Shown here: in pieces, positions 7,173 to 16,340 of the stretch
Layout of the letters: every line of letters starts with the position of its first letter
Numbering within the stretch: the stretch's first letter is position 1
Assembly: GCA_964424305.1 (NCBI GenBank)
Contig: CAYRHW010000006.1
Location: forward strand, 1-58,612
Source of the DNA: an uncultured Candidatus Saccharibacteria bacterium
Lineage (GTDB): Bacteria > Patescibacteriota > Minisyncoccia > Minisyncoccales > Staskawiczbacteraceae
DNA length: 58,612 nt
Reading direction: 5' to 3'
The notes under the pieces: model-generated
What the model was told of the DNA's origin: nothing
Seen by the model: only the letters and a program-made list of their open reading frames with translations
The model's database searches: none
Position numbers and translations under genes: made by a program

Positions 7173-7902
7173 CTACGTAAATAATTGTGTGCGGTGTGAG
7201 AGTAAATTTATCAAAATCGGGGGAGAGAATAAGCGGCTCATAGGGATATTTTGCTTTTTCTTCTATCGGCATTCGCGAGGGGTTGGTGGTAGTTTGCTCA
7301 ACGATTTTTGTAATGGCAAAGCCATTTACAGAAAGGGCATTAGTTACTTCTTCGATTGAGAGCTGGGCCTCGCTCCACTCTTTAGTGACATCTTTCGGTG
7401 TTGGAAAAAATTGACTGGGGTGAGTTAGGCAAAAGATAAAAGTTCCACCAGGAATTAAGATAATATTCACCCTCCCCAGGAAGCTTGAGAGAGAGAAATA
7501 GTCGTGGCAGATGAACCCTACGCCATAGCTCGAAAGCGCTACGTCAAATCTTCTGTCTCCGAGAATGGCGGTCAGCTCATTGGCATTGCCACAAAAAAGT
7601 TCAATGGAGACCCCCTCATTAGCAGAGAGAGTTTTTGCTGCCTGGATCATGTCTTCAGAAATATCAATGCCGACTGAGTTTCCACCCCACTTTGCTATGG
7701 TTATGGAGTTTTGAGCTGCTCCACAAGCAATTTCTACAACTCGTTTTCCATTAAGTCCCAGTGGCCCGCCCAGAAGAAGTAGGTCGCGCTCGCCGGGAGA
7801 GAGGTATCCGTAGTGGATATCATTTGTCGAAATTCTAACATTAGTTCTGTAGGTTCTGCAAAAATCGCCGCTCTTCCATACGCTCTCTTCTACCGTTGGC
7901 AT
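7156..7902 (-). CDS. class I SAM-dependent methyltransferase
   Basis: Motif I VVEIACGAAQNS, DISEDMI, and post-I FDVALSSYG. Confidence 0.8.
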   Translation of the reverse strand: MPTVEESVWKSGDFCRTYRTNVRISTNDIHYGYLSPGERDLLLLGGPLGLNGKRVVEIACGAAQNSITIAKWGGNSVGIDISEDMIQAAKTLSANEGVSIELFCGNANELTAILGDRRFDVALSSYGVGFICHDYFSLSSFLGRVNIILIPGGTFIFCLTHPSQFFPTPKDVTKEWSEAQLSIEEVTNALSVNGFAITKIVEQTTTNPSRMPIEEKAKYPYEPLILSPDFDKFTLTPHTIIYVAKKTR

Positions 7903-8038
7903 GTTATTTACTCCCTATAAAAGATCTAATATTAATTTACAACGGGGCGATGAATCTGTCCATATGGGGGTATTTCCCACGATTTTTTGTGGTTCCTTCT
8001 GGCTTGCGAGTTTTAGGTGGACAATATAGGATAAAGGT

Positions 8039-8983
8039 ATGAAATTATTTCGAGCTAAATTTTTTGTCAATGCATTTATCGTCTTATTGCTTCTAGGCGT
8101 CGGCTACTATTATAGGGAAGAAATTGGTAGTTTCCTTAGGGGGATCCAGTATAAGATACAGCCCTGCCAACGGGCAATAACGTATTCCATTGTAGGCCTT
8201 GACCCGCGCTTTGGGTTAACGGAAGAGGAATTATTAAATAAGATTGAGGAAGCCGAAAAAATATGGGAGCTACCAATTGGCAAGCAGTTGTTTGAATATT
8301 CGCCGTCGGGAGACTTAAAGATAAGCCTTGTCTATGATTATCGGCAGAAGGCTACGGATGCATTAAAAAAGATGGGAATTGTTATTGATGACACTCGGGC
8401 ATCCTACGATGCACTAAAAGCTAGGTATGATTCGTTCATTGCCTCCTATGATAGTGCAAAATCACGATTGGACATTTTAATCGCAACCTACACTACAGAG
8501 AAGAATGCTTTTGAAAAAGATGTGAATTACTGGAATAGTCACGGCGGAGCGCCGAGGGAAGAACGTAATGCGTTGGAGCAAAGAAGGATTGATTTAAATA
8601 ATCAAGTCGTAATTATCAACCAAGCCGAAGATTCTTTAAATGGACTGGTCGATAATATAAAATTGACGGAGGTGGTTCTTAACAAATTAGCCGGAGAACT
8701 TAATCTTCAGGTGGGGACCTATAACAAAGTTGGTTCGTCGACTGGGGAAGAGTTTAAAGAGGGGGAATATGTCAGTGATGGGAGCGGAGCGGAAATCAAT
8801 ATTTTCCAATTTAACGACACGAACCAACTTTTGAGGGTTCTTGCTCACGAGCTTGGGCATGCATTGGGATTGGAGCATCTTGATAATCCAAAAGCGATTA
8901 TGTATTACCTTAATGAAGGAAGAAATCAAAAATTGACAGCAGATGATTTTCTGGCCCTTAAAAATGTGTGTGGTATTAAGTAA
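8039..8983 (+). CDS. membrane-anchored matrixin-like zinc metalloprotease
   Basis: HELGHALGLEH (HExxHxxGxxH) followed by a Met-turn (IMYY). There is an N-terminal TM and a central coiled-coil-like region. Confidence 0.8.
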   Translation: MKLFRAKFFVNAFIVLLLLGVGYYYREEIGSFLRGIQYKIQPCQRAITYSIVGLDPRFGLTEEELLNKIEEAEKIWELPIGKQLFEYSPSGDLKISLVYDYRQKATDALKKMGIVIDDTRASYDALKARYDSFIASYDSAKSRLDILIATYTTEKNAFEKDVNYWNSHGGAPREERNALEQRRIDLNNQVVIINQAEDSLNGLVDNIKLTEVVLNKLAGELNLQVGTYNKVGSSTGEEFKEGEYVSDGSGAEINIFQFNDTNQLLRVLAHELGHALGLEHLDNPKAIMYYLNEGRNQKLTADDFLALKNVCGIK

Positions 8984-9086
8984 ATTATGATTTTTTGGTG
9001 GTGACAACCGTTGAGGGCATCGGATGTGTCCCCGCCATGTTTTCGATCTGCTAATTATGCCGTAAGCTCTAGGGTCATTGCCACAG

Positions 9087-9115
9087 TTGAAAAAAGCTTC
9101 ATTTTCTGCTACTAT
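9087..9115 (+). promoter_or_regulatory. sigma70-type promoter for otsA
   Basis: TTGAAA 9087-9092, 17-nt spacer, TACTAT 9110-9115. Confidence 0.5.
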
Positions 9116-9170
9116 AGACGCATTATCCGAGGGTCGCATTCGCCGTACTATTTTACGTAAATGTAAAAAT

Positions 9171-11399
9171 ATGAAGCAATTTTTAGCGATTCTAGGGGGA
9201 GTAGCCATAACGGCTAGTATTATAGTCCTTGGTTTTACGTTGGTTCAAGTGCAACAGGAAAGAAACTCGTTAATTAGTGATATTGAGCAACGTACAATGC
9301 TGCTCGCAGAAAGTTTAAAGGAATCCGTTGAGCCCTATTATCTGACGAATTCAACAGATAAGTTACAAAAGGTTGTTGATAAGTTCGCTAATAAGGAACG
9401 CATCATTGGTATAGTTATCTACAATAGCAAAGGGGAGATAATAACAGTTTCGGCCGGGTTGCCCGAAGGATTACCCAGTGATTCCGAGGTTCCTAGTTTA
9501 GCTATGGATTCCGATGAACCATCCGGTAGTTTTGATAAAATTGATAACAGCCAAATTTATTCCTTCGCCGAGCCACTTCATAGCGATGCTGGTGGGGTAG
9601 TAGGGGCGTTAGTAGTTATCCAGAGGGCCGACTATATCAACGCAGCCATAGTTCAGATTTGGAAAAATAGTTTAATTAAGTTATTAATTCAGGTTATCTT
9701 CTTTTCATTAATTGGCGCCCTGGCATTAAAGTGGATAATTGTGAAACCGTTGTCTTCTATCATTGGATCACTCAGATCTGCCCATGGGAATAACTCAGAA
9801 GATGGGTTGGATCAGGCAAAGAAACAATGGCTTTTTAAGCCATTGGCCAGTGAGATTGATAAGCTTTCGACAAATTTACGACGAGCCAGGTCAACCGCCA
9901 GCGAAGAAGCACGTTTAAGGCTAGAAAAAACGGATACGCCGTGGACAGAAGAACGTTTAAAAGAATTCACCAAGGCTTTTTTGAAAGATAGGATAATATT
10001 CACGGTTTCTAGTAGGGAACCATTTATCCATGAAAAAGATAAAAACGGAATAACCTATAAAATACCCGCTAGTGGTATGGTCACCGGGGTGGAGCCTTTA
10101 ATGGAGGCCTGTGGAGGGGTCTGGTTGGCCCATGGTAGTGGCAATGCGGATAAGTTGACCGTAGATAGCCAAGACAAGATAATGGTGCCACCAGATGATC
10201 CTAAATACACGCTAAAACGTGTTTGGTTAACAGAGAAAAATATACGTGGCTACTATCTGGGATTCTCCAACGAGGCGCTGTGGCCGTTATGTCTTATGGC
10301 CCACACACGCCCCATATTTAGGAAAGAAGATTGGCAAGAGTATCAACTTGTGAACAGTAAGTTCGCCCAGAGCTTGTTGGCAGAAATTAAAGATGTTCCT
10401 CAGCCATTAATACTTATTCAAGATTTTCACTTCGCGCTTCTGCCGAAGATGATAAAAAAGATCAGGCCAGATGCTCAGATTGGGTTGTTTTGGCATATTC
10501 CTTGGCCTAGTCCAGAATTGTTTAGTATTTGTCCTTGGCGCAAAGAGATATTACAGGGGCTGCTTGGGGCAGACGTGATCGGTTTTCATACCCAGTTATA
10601 TGGTAATAATTTTATCGAAACCGTTAGAAAAGAAGTGGAATCACTCATTGATTACGAACAATTTACGATAACTCGTAATAGTCACGCTACCTATGTTAAA
10701 ACGTTTCCAATAAGTGTTTCGTTCACAGATGGTAAGGACCAAGTAATTGATAAAGAGAAGGAACATAAAATTTTGGATAAATTTAACATCAAGACCAAGT
10801 ATGTAGGATTAGGTGTCGATCGTTTGGATTATGTAAAGGGTATTTTAGAGCGTTTTAAGGGTATAGAGTTCTTTCTTGATACATACCCTTCATTTAGGAA
10901 AGAATTTACTTTTCTACAGATAGCGCCGCCCACTCGTGAGGGTGTTGAAAAATACCGTCAATTTGCCGAAGATGTTACATCCGAAGCCGAGAGAATAAAT
11001 CAGAAATTTAAGAGTAACGGCTGGCACCCCATCGTCCTGTTAAAAGAACACTATCCCCATGAGCAGTTAAATCTATTATACAGAGTAGCTGATTTCTGTT
11101 TAATCACTTCCTTGCATGATGGTATGAATTTAGTTGCAAAGGAATTTGTGGCAGAGAGGAATGATGAACACGGAGTTTTAATATTAAGTCAGTTTACCGG
11201 TGCAGCCCGTGATTTGAAGGATGCGTTGATCATTAATCCCTATAGCGCAGAACAGACAGCAGAAGCAATCCATCGGGCTCTGTTGATGCCCAAGGCTGAG
11301 CAGAAGAGAAGAATGAAGAAGATGCGAGATGTAGTAAAGAATTATACGATCTATCGCTGGGCAGCGGAAATAATCAAGGCAGTGACAAGTTTGGGCTAA
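9171..11399 (+). CDS. otsA: trehalose-6-phosphate synthase (GT20) fused to an N-terminal TM-sensor-TM-HAMP-like module
   Basis: The C-terminal ~470 aa are collinear with OtsA (FSNEALWPLCLM, LIQDFHFALLP, WHIPWPS, GVDRLDYVKG, TSLHDGMNLVAKEF). The N-terminal ~290 aa have two TMs flanking a Cache-like domain, then a HAMP-like linker. ATG 9171 (MKQFLAILGG) is preferred over 9078 because the promoter lies at 9087-9115. Confidence 0.85.
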   Translation: MKQFLAILGGVAITASIIVLGFTLVQVQQERNSLISDIEQRTMLLAESLKESVEPYYLTNSTDKLQKVVDKFANKERIIGIVIYNSKGEIITVSAGLPEGLPSDSEVPSLAMDSDEPSGSFDKIDNSQIYSFAEPLHSDAGGVVGALVVIQRADYINAAIVQIWKNSLIKLLIQVIFFSLIGALALKWIIVKPLSSIIGSLRSAHGNNSEDGLDQAKKQWLFKPLASEIDKLSTNLRRARSTASEEARLRLEKTDTPWTEERLKEFTKAFLKDRIIFTVSSREPFIHEKDKNGITYKIPASGMVTGVEPLMEACGGVWLAHGSGNADKLTVDSQDKIMVPPDDPKYTLKRVWLTEKNIRGYYLGFSNEALWPLCLMAHTRPIFRKEDWQEYQLVNSKFAQSLLAEIKDVPQPLILIQDFHFALLPKMIKKIRPDAQIGLFWHIPWPSPELFSICPWRKEILQGLLGADVIGFHTQLYGNNFIETVRKEVESLIDYEQFTITRNSHATYVKTFPISVSFTDGKDQVIDKEKEHKILDKFNIKTKYVGLGVDRLDYVKGILERFKGIEFFLDTYPSFRKEFTFLQIAPPTREGVEKYRQFAEDVTSEAERINQKFKSNGWHPIVLLKEHYPHEQLNLLYRVADFCLITSLHDGMNLVAKEFVAERNDEHGVLILSQFTGAARDLKDALIINPYSAEQTAEAIHRALLMPKAEQKRRMKKMRDVVKNYTIYRWAAEIIKAVTSLG

Positions 11400-11402
11400 T
11401 TT

Positions 11403-12215
11403 ATGAAATATTTCAACCATTGCTTACCAGACGTTAAGAAGCAGCTACGGGTAGCTGGTGGCTATATACTGATTAGTGATTTTGACGGCACCCTTGCCCC
11501 AATCGCCAGGACCGCGGTTATGGCTAGTCTGCCCAAAGAGACGAAAGGGATTTTAGTGAATTGTCTCAAATTTTTTCCCGTTGTAATCGTTAGTGGTAGA
11601 TCGTTATCCAGCCTTAAGGAAAAAGTTGGTTTGGCTGGTCTAATTTATGCTGGAAATCATGGGTTAGAGTGGCAAATTGGGGGGAAAAGTTATCGTAGCA
11701 AGATATCAAAAGAAGTTAGGCAAGCCTTGGCAACAGTCAAGAGAAAACTTTTGGTAATTTTATCTAAATATCCAGGAGCGACACTAGAAGACAAGAGAAT
11801 GACTTATGCAATCCATTTTCGCATGCTAAGGGAGCAGAAGGTTAAAAAGTTCGAAAAAGAGGTAGAAGAAGTTATTAAACCTGTATTGCAAGATAATTTA
11901 GCGCTGACCGAAGATAATAAAACGTTCGAGTTGCGCCCGAAGGCCGGTTGGACAAAGGGAGATTTCGTTAATTTTATTCTGGAACATTTACGACTAAAGT
12001 CGGGGAGGCGTTTTCTGCCAATATATATTGGAGACGCGCTAACAGATGAAGATGTGTTTAAAAATGTTAAGAACATTGTAGGCATAAAGGTAGGTAAGGA
12101 TAATAAAAGCGCTGCTAGATATTACATCCGCAACCAGAAGCAGGTTAATGAAGTTCTTAGGTGGTTGGTGCAAGAGGGGAATAGCTTGGGTAACCCTAAG
12201 CAGGGGAAAACCTAG
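11403..12215 (+). CDS. otsB: trehalose-6-phosphate phosphatase (HAD family)
   Basis: HAD motif I LISDFDGTLAP and motif IV GDALTDEDVF. The gene lies directly after otsA. Confidence 0.85.
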   Translation: MKYFNHCLPDVKKQLRVAGGYILISDFDGTLAPIARTAVMASLPKETKGILVNCLKFFPVVIVSGRSLSSLKEKVGLAGLIYAGNHGLEWQIGGKSYRSKISKEVRQALATVKRKLLVILSKYPGATLEDKRMTYAIHFRMLREQKVKKFEKEVEEVIKPVLQDNLALTEDNKTFELRPKAGWTKGDFVNFILEHLRLKSGRRFLPIYIGDALTDEDVFKNVKNIVGIKVGKDNKSAARYYIRNQKQVNEVLRWLVQEGNSLGNPKQGKT

Positions 12216-12320
12216 CCTTCTGGGTAATATTGATTTGACAGGGGGAGTGGTGGATAGTAAGCTTAATACATAGGTTAGCTAATTCTTAATAACCCGCCAT
12301 TGGCGGAAATAAATAATAAT

Positions 12321-12578
12321 ATGCCAAAAAAAGCAAATTCGGCTTTCATGAAGCCTCTAAAGCTCACTGCTGAATTAGAGGCAGTAGTAGGAAAAGGTCC
12401 TATGCCAAGATCCGAAGTAGTAAAGAAGCTTTGGATTTACATCAAGAAGAATAATCTTCAGGATCCACAAAAGAAAAGAAATATCAAAGCCGATGCTAAT
12501 TTAAAAGTTGTTTTCGGTGGGAAAGCTGTTGTAGACATGTTTGAGATGACAAAGTTAGTTTCTAAACACTTATCCTAG
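12321..12578 (+). CDS. SWIB/MDM2 domain protein
   Basis: LKLTAELEAVVGKGPMPRSEVVKKLWIYIKKNNLQDP...MFEMTKLVSKHL matches the SWIB fold signature. ATG 12321 is preferred to TTG 12300. Confidence 0.8.
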   Translation: MPKKANSAFMKPLKLTAELEAVVGKGPMPRSEVVKKLWIYIKKNNLQDPQKKRNIKADANLKVVFGGKAVVDMFEMTKLVSKHLS

Positions 12579-12600
12579 TCTAGACAAAGTAATACAAAAA

Positions 12601-12634
12601 ATCGTTCTGCCCTGTTGGGGTGAGCGATTTTTTG
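12601..12634 (+). terminator. intrinsic terminator fused to the next gene's extended -10
   Basis: Stem ATCGTTC 12601-12607 / GAGCGAT 12622-12628 with an inner CCC/GGG helix. T-run 12628-12633, then TGtTAATAT with -10 at 12636-12641 and ATG 12650. Confidence 0.6.
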
Positions 12635-12649
12635 TTAATATATACATAT

Positions 12650-13636
12650 ATGAAAACAATCTATCCGGTTAAATTAAAAGTTGGAGACGAAGTCAGGGTT
12701 ATTGCGCCCTCAAGGTCTATGGCGATAATTTCCAAAGAGAACAGGGAGATCGCAAACAAGCGTTTTTTTGACCTGGGACTGAAATTAACCTTTGGAAAGC
12801 GCATAGAAGAGAAGGACGAATTTGTTTCTTCGAGTATCAATTCTCGCGTAGAAGATCTCCACGAAGCATTCCGAGATAAGAATGTGAAAGCCATTATCAC
12901 AGTGATAGGCGGTTTTAACTGTAACCAACTTCTGCGGTACATAGATTGGGACTTGATAAGGAAGAACCCAAAGATCTTTTGTGGTTATTCGGATATCACC
13001 GCCCTCAACAATGCAATATTTGCCAAGACCGGGCTGGTTAACTATTCCGGGCCACATTATTCAACCTTTGGGCAGGAATTGTATTTTGACTACACCCTAG
13101 AATATTTTAAGAAATGTTTGCTCACAGATGCGGAATTCAAGATTGAGCCAAGTGATAGCTGGAGTGATGATGCCTGGTATATGAATCAAAAAGACAGGAA
13201 TCTCGTAAAGAACGAAGGCTTTTGGATTATTAATAATGGAGAAGCCGCTGGCACTATACTCGGGGCCAATGTTGGGACATTTAATTTACTACAGGGGACA
13301 GAGTATCTTCCAAGCCTAAAGGATTCCGTATTGTTTATTGAAGATGATGAAGAATCGTTGCCTCATCATTTTGATAGAGACCTGCAATCAGTTATACATC
13401 TTCCCGATTTCAAATATGTAAGGGGCATCGTTATCGGTAGGTTCCAAAAGACCAGTAAAATTACAAAGGATATTCTAGTTAGGATTATTAAGACTAAGAA
13501 GGAATTAGATAATTTACCCATAGTCGCCAATGTTGACTTTGGGCATACTGCCCCTCAAATTACCTTTCCCATAGGCGGGAAGGCCTCCCTGGAGGTCAAG
13601 GATGGTGGTGCAAAGCTACTTATATCCGAACACTAG
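12650..13636 (+). CDS. LD-carboxypeptidase (peptidase S66, LdcA-like)
   Basis: GYSDITAL nucleophile-Ser motif and a C-terminal FGH(T) His motif. The start is moved to ATG 12650 because the track's GTG 12620 lies inside the terminator stem. Confidence 0.85.
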   Translation: MKTIYPVKLKVGDEVRVIAPSRSMAIISKENREIANKRFFDLGLKLTFGKRIEEKDEFVSSSINSRVEDLHEAFRDKNVKAIITVIGGFNCNQLLRYIDWDLIRKNPKIFCGYSDITALNNAIFAKTGLVNYSGPHYSTFGQELYFDYTLEYFKKCLLTDAEFKIEPSDSWSDDAWYMNQKDRNLVKNEGFWIINNGEAAGTILGANVGTFNLLQGTEYLPSLKDSVLFIEDDEESLPHHFDRDLQSVIHLPDFKYVRGIVIGRFQKTSKITKDILVRIIKTKKELDNLPIVANVDFGHTAPQITFPIGGKASLEVKDGGAKLLISEH

Positions 13637-13684
13637 TATCGAGAGGCGACTTGATTTTTGCGATAAATTGTTGTATTGTAAGGT

Positions 13685-13936
13685 ATGATCAGTAAAGAGG
13701 AATTTTTAACCGAACATAACAGGTTATCTCCTGTAAAATTGCAAACTACCATAAGTTTGCTTAATCGTTTTAAAGAAGAGAAAAGGCCTCTTTTAAAAGA
13801 TAATGGTTGGTCCATAGATAAACTTAGGATCCCACTAATCACCTGGCTTCTTTCGTTGCCGATAATAGAAAAAGTAAAAATTAAGACAAAGAGAGGAAAA
13901 CAGGTATTTAAAGATTATCCTCGAACTAAATTTTAA
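13685..13936 (+). CDS. hypothetical protein
   Basis: 83-aa ORF with no recognisable motif. Confidence 0.45.
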   Translation: MISKEEFLTEHNRLSPVKLQTTISLLNRFKEEKRPLLKDNGWSIDKLRIPLITWLLSLPIIEKVKIKTKRGKQVFKDYPRTKF

Positions 13937-13991
13937 ATTTCGTGATCTGAAAATCGCTATTCTAGCGGTTTTTTGGTAAAATCAAAACAAT

Positions 13992-14720
13992 ATGGCAACA
14001 GTAATTCTACTCTCCCTAGCAACATTTATCTCCACCTTCTTGGGTGGCTTGTTCGCAGTTAAGTTTAGGAATAAGTTGCATCTAATTATGGGGTTTACCG
14101 CCGGAGTTTTGTTAGGGGTTGTAAGTTTCGAGATCTTGCCAGAGATTATCTCTCAAGTTAATGAAAACAACTTCAACTCCATAGAACCAATGGTGGCCTT
14201 GGTTGTTGGTTTTTTGGTATTCCATATTCTAGAAAAGGTGATTGTTATCCATCATGCCCATGAAGGTGACTATGCTTCTCATAAACATCCTCAGGTGGGA
14301 ATCTTTTCGGCGCTAGCCCTAATCGGTCACAGTTTTATGGACGGAGTTGGTATTGGGTTAGGTTTTCAAATAAATCCAGCCGTTGGCTTACTTGTGGCAA
14401 TCGCAGTTATCTCCCATGATTTTACAGACGGAATGAACACCATAACCCTAATGCTTGCGAATAATAATAGTTTGAAGAAATCAAAGATATTTCTACTGTT
14501 AGATGCTGTTGCCCCAGTTTTAGGAGCTTTATCTACTTTGCTGTTTATCGTTCCTCCGCACTTTTTAGTTTGGTATTTAGGATTCTTTGCCGGATTTCTA
14601 TTATATATAGGGGTAAGTGATATTTTGCCAGAAGCGCATAGTAAACATAGCTCTTTTAGATTAATTGGTTTAACTGTGCTCGGCACGGTGTTTGTCTTTA
14701 TCATCAGCCGTTTTGCTTAG
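13992..14720 (+). CDS. zupT: ZIP family metal (zinc) transporter
   Basis: HSFMDGVGIG and HDFTDG metal-binding TM motifs, with 7-8 TM segments. Confidence 0.85.
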   Translation: MATVILLSLATFISTFLGGLFAVKFRNKLHLIMGFTAGVLLGVVSFEILPEIISQVNENNFNSIEPMVALVVGFLVFHILEKVIVIHHAHEGDYASHKHPQVGIFSALALIGHSFMDGVGIGLGFQINPAVGLLVAIAVISHDFTDGMNTITLMLANNNSLKKSKIFLLLDAVAPVLGALSTLLFIVPPHFLVWYLGFFAGFLLYIGVSDILPEAHSKHSSFRLIGLTVLGTVFVFIISRFA

Positions 14721-14803
14721 TATCTTTTAAGAGCAACGGGGGATAGCATCCTCTTTTTTAGTAATAGTAGTAATTTGGTGGGAAATAAGTTAAGATATCG
14801 AAC

Positions 14804-16261
14804 ATGCCAAGCGATGATGTAATTGTAAAATTTAGTAAGGTCTCTTTTGAGTGGGGACACAATAAACCAATTTTGAATGAGGTGGATTTTTCGGTGCGTC
14901 GAGGATCGAAAATTACATTAATGGGACAAAACGGTGCGGGCAAAAGTACCATTTTTCAATTAATAACAGGAGAGTCGAATCCCGAATCAGGAGCAATAAA
15001 TATTGAGAATGATTTAACCATAGCCACTGCCAAGCAAGTGTTGCCCCGCGAGGATAGCGACCTTACTGTAAAAGAATTTTTTGAGAAATGTTTCTCTAAA
15101 AAAGTTCATGACATCGACCCTAAGATAGACAACGCCCTAAAGATTACAAATTTTAGTGTTCCCCATGATAAGATTATTAAAAGTCTTTCGGGCGGACAAC
15201 AGGCAAGGCTTCTTTTGGCCTCTGCCCTAATCCAAGACCCGGATCTACTTTTATTGGATGAGCCAACAAATAACCTGGACAAGGCAGGCATTGCCCATTT
15301 AACGCAATTTCTTATTGATTATCCTAAAACCTGTATTGTCATTTCCCATGATGCAGATTTTTTAAATTCTTTTACTCAGGGTGTCTTATACCTTGACATA
15401 TTCTCCCACAAAGTAGATCAATACACTGGTAACTATTTTACGGTTGTCCAAGAGATAAAAACACGGTTAGAGCGTGAGCGTATGAAAAACTTTAGATTAG
15501 AAAAAGAGATCTCTAACAGAAAGGAACAAGCTAATTTTTTCGCTCAAAAAGGAGGGCACCTAAGAGATGTTGCTTCGAAAATGAGGAAGAAGATTGAGGA
15601 ACTAGAGGGTGACATAGTGTCGGTTGGCCAGGAAGACAAAACAATCAGAGATTTTGTAATTCCTTGCCAGGCTGATATTGGTGGAGTGATTTTGCAATTA
15701 AATTCTGTTGCAATCGCGAAGAATCATAAGTTCGTTAATAAAAAAGTGAATGTAACGATAAATAAAAAAGAAAGGTTGCTGTTGGTCGGGCCAAATGGAA
15801 TTGGGAAGACTACACTTCTGGAAAAATTAGCCAGTGGCCATGCAAAGGGGGAACAGATTAAAGAAGGTGTAAAAATTGGTTATTATAGGCAAGATTTTTC
15901 AACTTTGGACTTTAACGAAACCGTATATCAAACTCTTTCAAAAGCAATGGACGGCAAGGGAACTGACCAAGGGCTGAGGGCCCACGCTGCTGGGTTTTTA
16001 TTAAATTCGGAAATTCTAAAAGCGAAGATTGGTGAGCTTTCTGAGGGACAGAAGGGGTTGGTGGCTTTTGCGACAATAGCCCTTGAACAACCCGGACTTC
16101 TCATCTTAGATGAACCAACAAATCATATTAATTTTAGACATATCCCGGTGATCGCGAAGGCAATAAATAATTTTGAAGGAGCCTTAATCCTAGTAAGTCA
16201 CGTACCAGATTTCGTCGAGAAGATTAGGGTAGATCATGTTCTAGATTTAGGATCGTTGTAA
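14804..16261 (+). CDS. ABC-F family ATPase (two ABC domains, no TMD)
   Basis: Two Walker A motifs (GQNGAGKST, GPNGIGKTT), two signature motifs (LSGGQQARL, LSEGQKGLV), and a charged linker between the domains. Confidence 0.85.
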   Translation: MPSDDVIVKFSKVSFEWGHNKPILNEVDFSVRRGSKITLMGQNGAGKSTIFQLITGESNPESGAINIENDLTIATAKQVLPREDSDLTVKEFFEKCFSKKVHDIDPKIDNALKITNFSVPHDKIIKSLSGGQQARLLLASALIQDPDLLLLDEPTNNLDKAGIAHLTQFLIDYPKTCIVISHDADFLNSFTQGVLYLDIFSHKVDQYTGNYFTVVQEIKTRLERERMKNFRLEKEISNRKEQANFFAQKGGHLRDVASKMRKKIEELEGDIVSVGQEDKTIRDFVIPCQADIGGVILQLNSVAIAKNHKFVNKKVNVTINKKERLLLVGPNGIGKTTLLEKLASGHAKGEQIKEGVKIGYYRQDFSTLDFNETVYQTLSKAMDGKGTDQGLRAHAAGFLLNSEILKAKIGELSEGQKGLVAFATIALEQPGLLILDEPTNHINFRHIPVIAKAINNFEGALILVSHVPDFVEKIRVDHVLDLGSL

Positions 16262-16340
16262 TTAGATATTTTCATTGAACTTATTAGGTGATAAAATGGG
16301 GATATATAAATTATAATAATTAATAAAAGAATACACATAA

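Noticed and set aside
8687-9208. Long antisense or shadow ORFs in the track, for example 8687..9208(-), 21960..22466(-), 44541..44933(-), 55425..55832(-), 57973..58497(-) and 6261..6584(+).
   Set aside because: Each lies opposite or out of frame within a gene that has clear family motifs, and their translations are low-complexity with no motifs. They are treated as non-coding.
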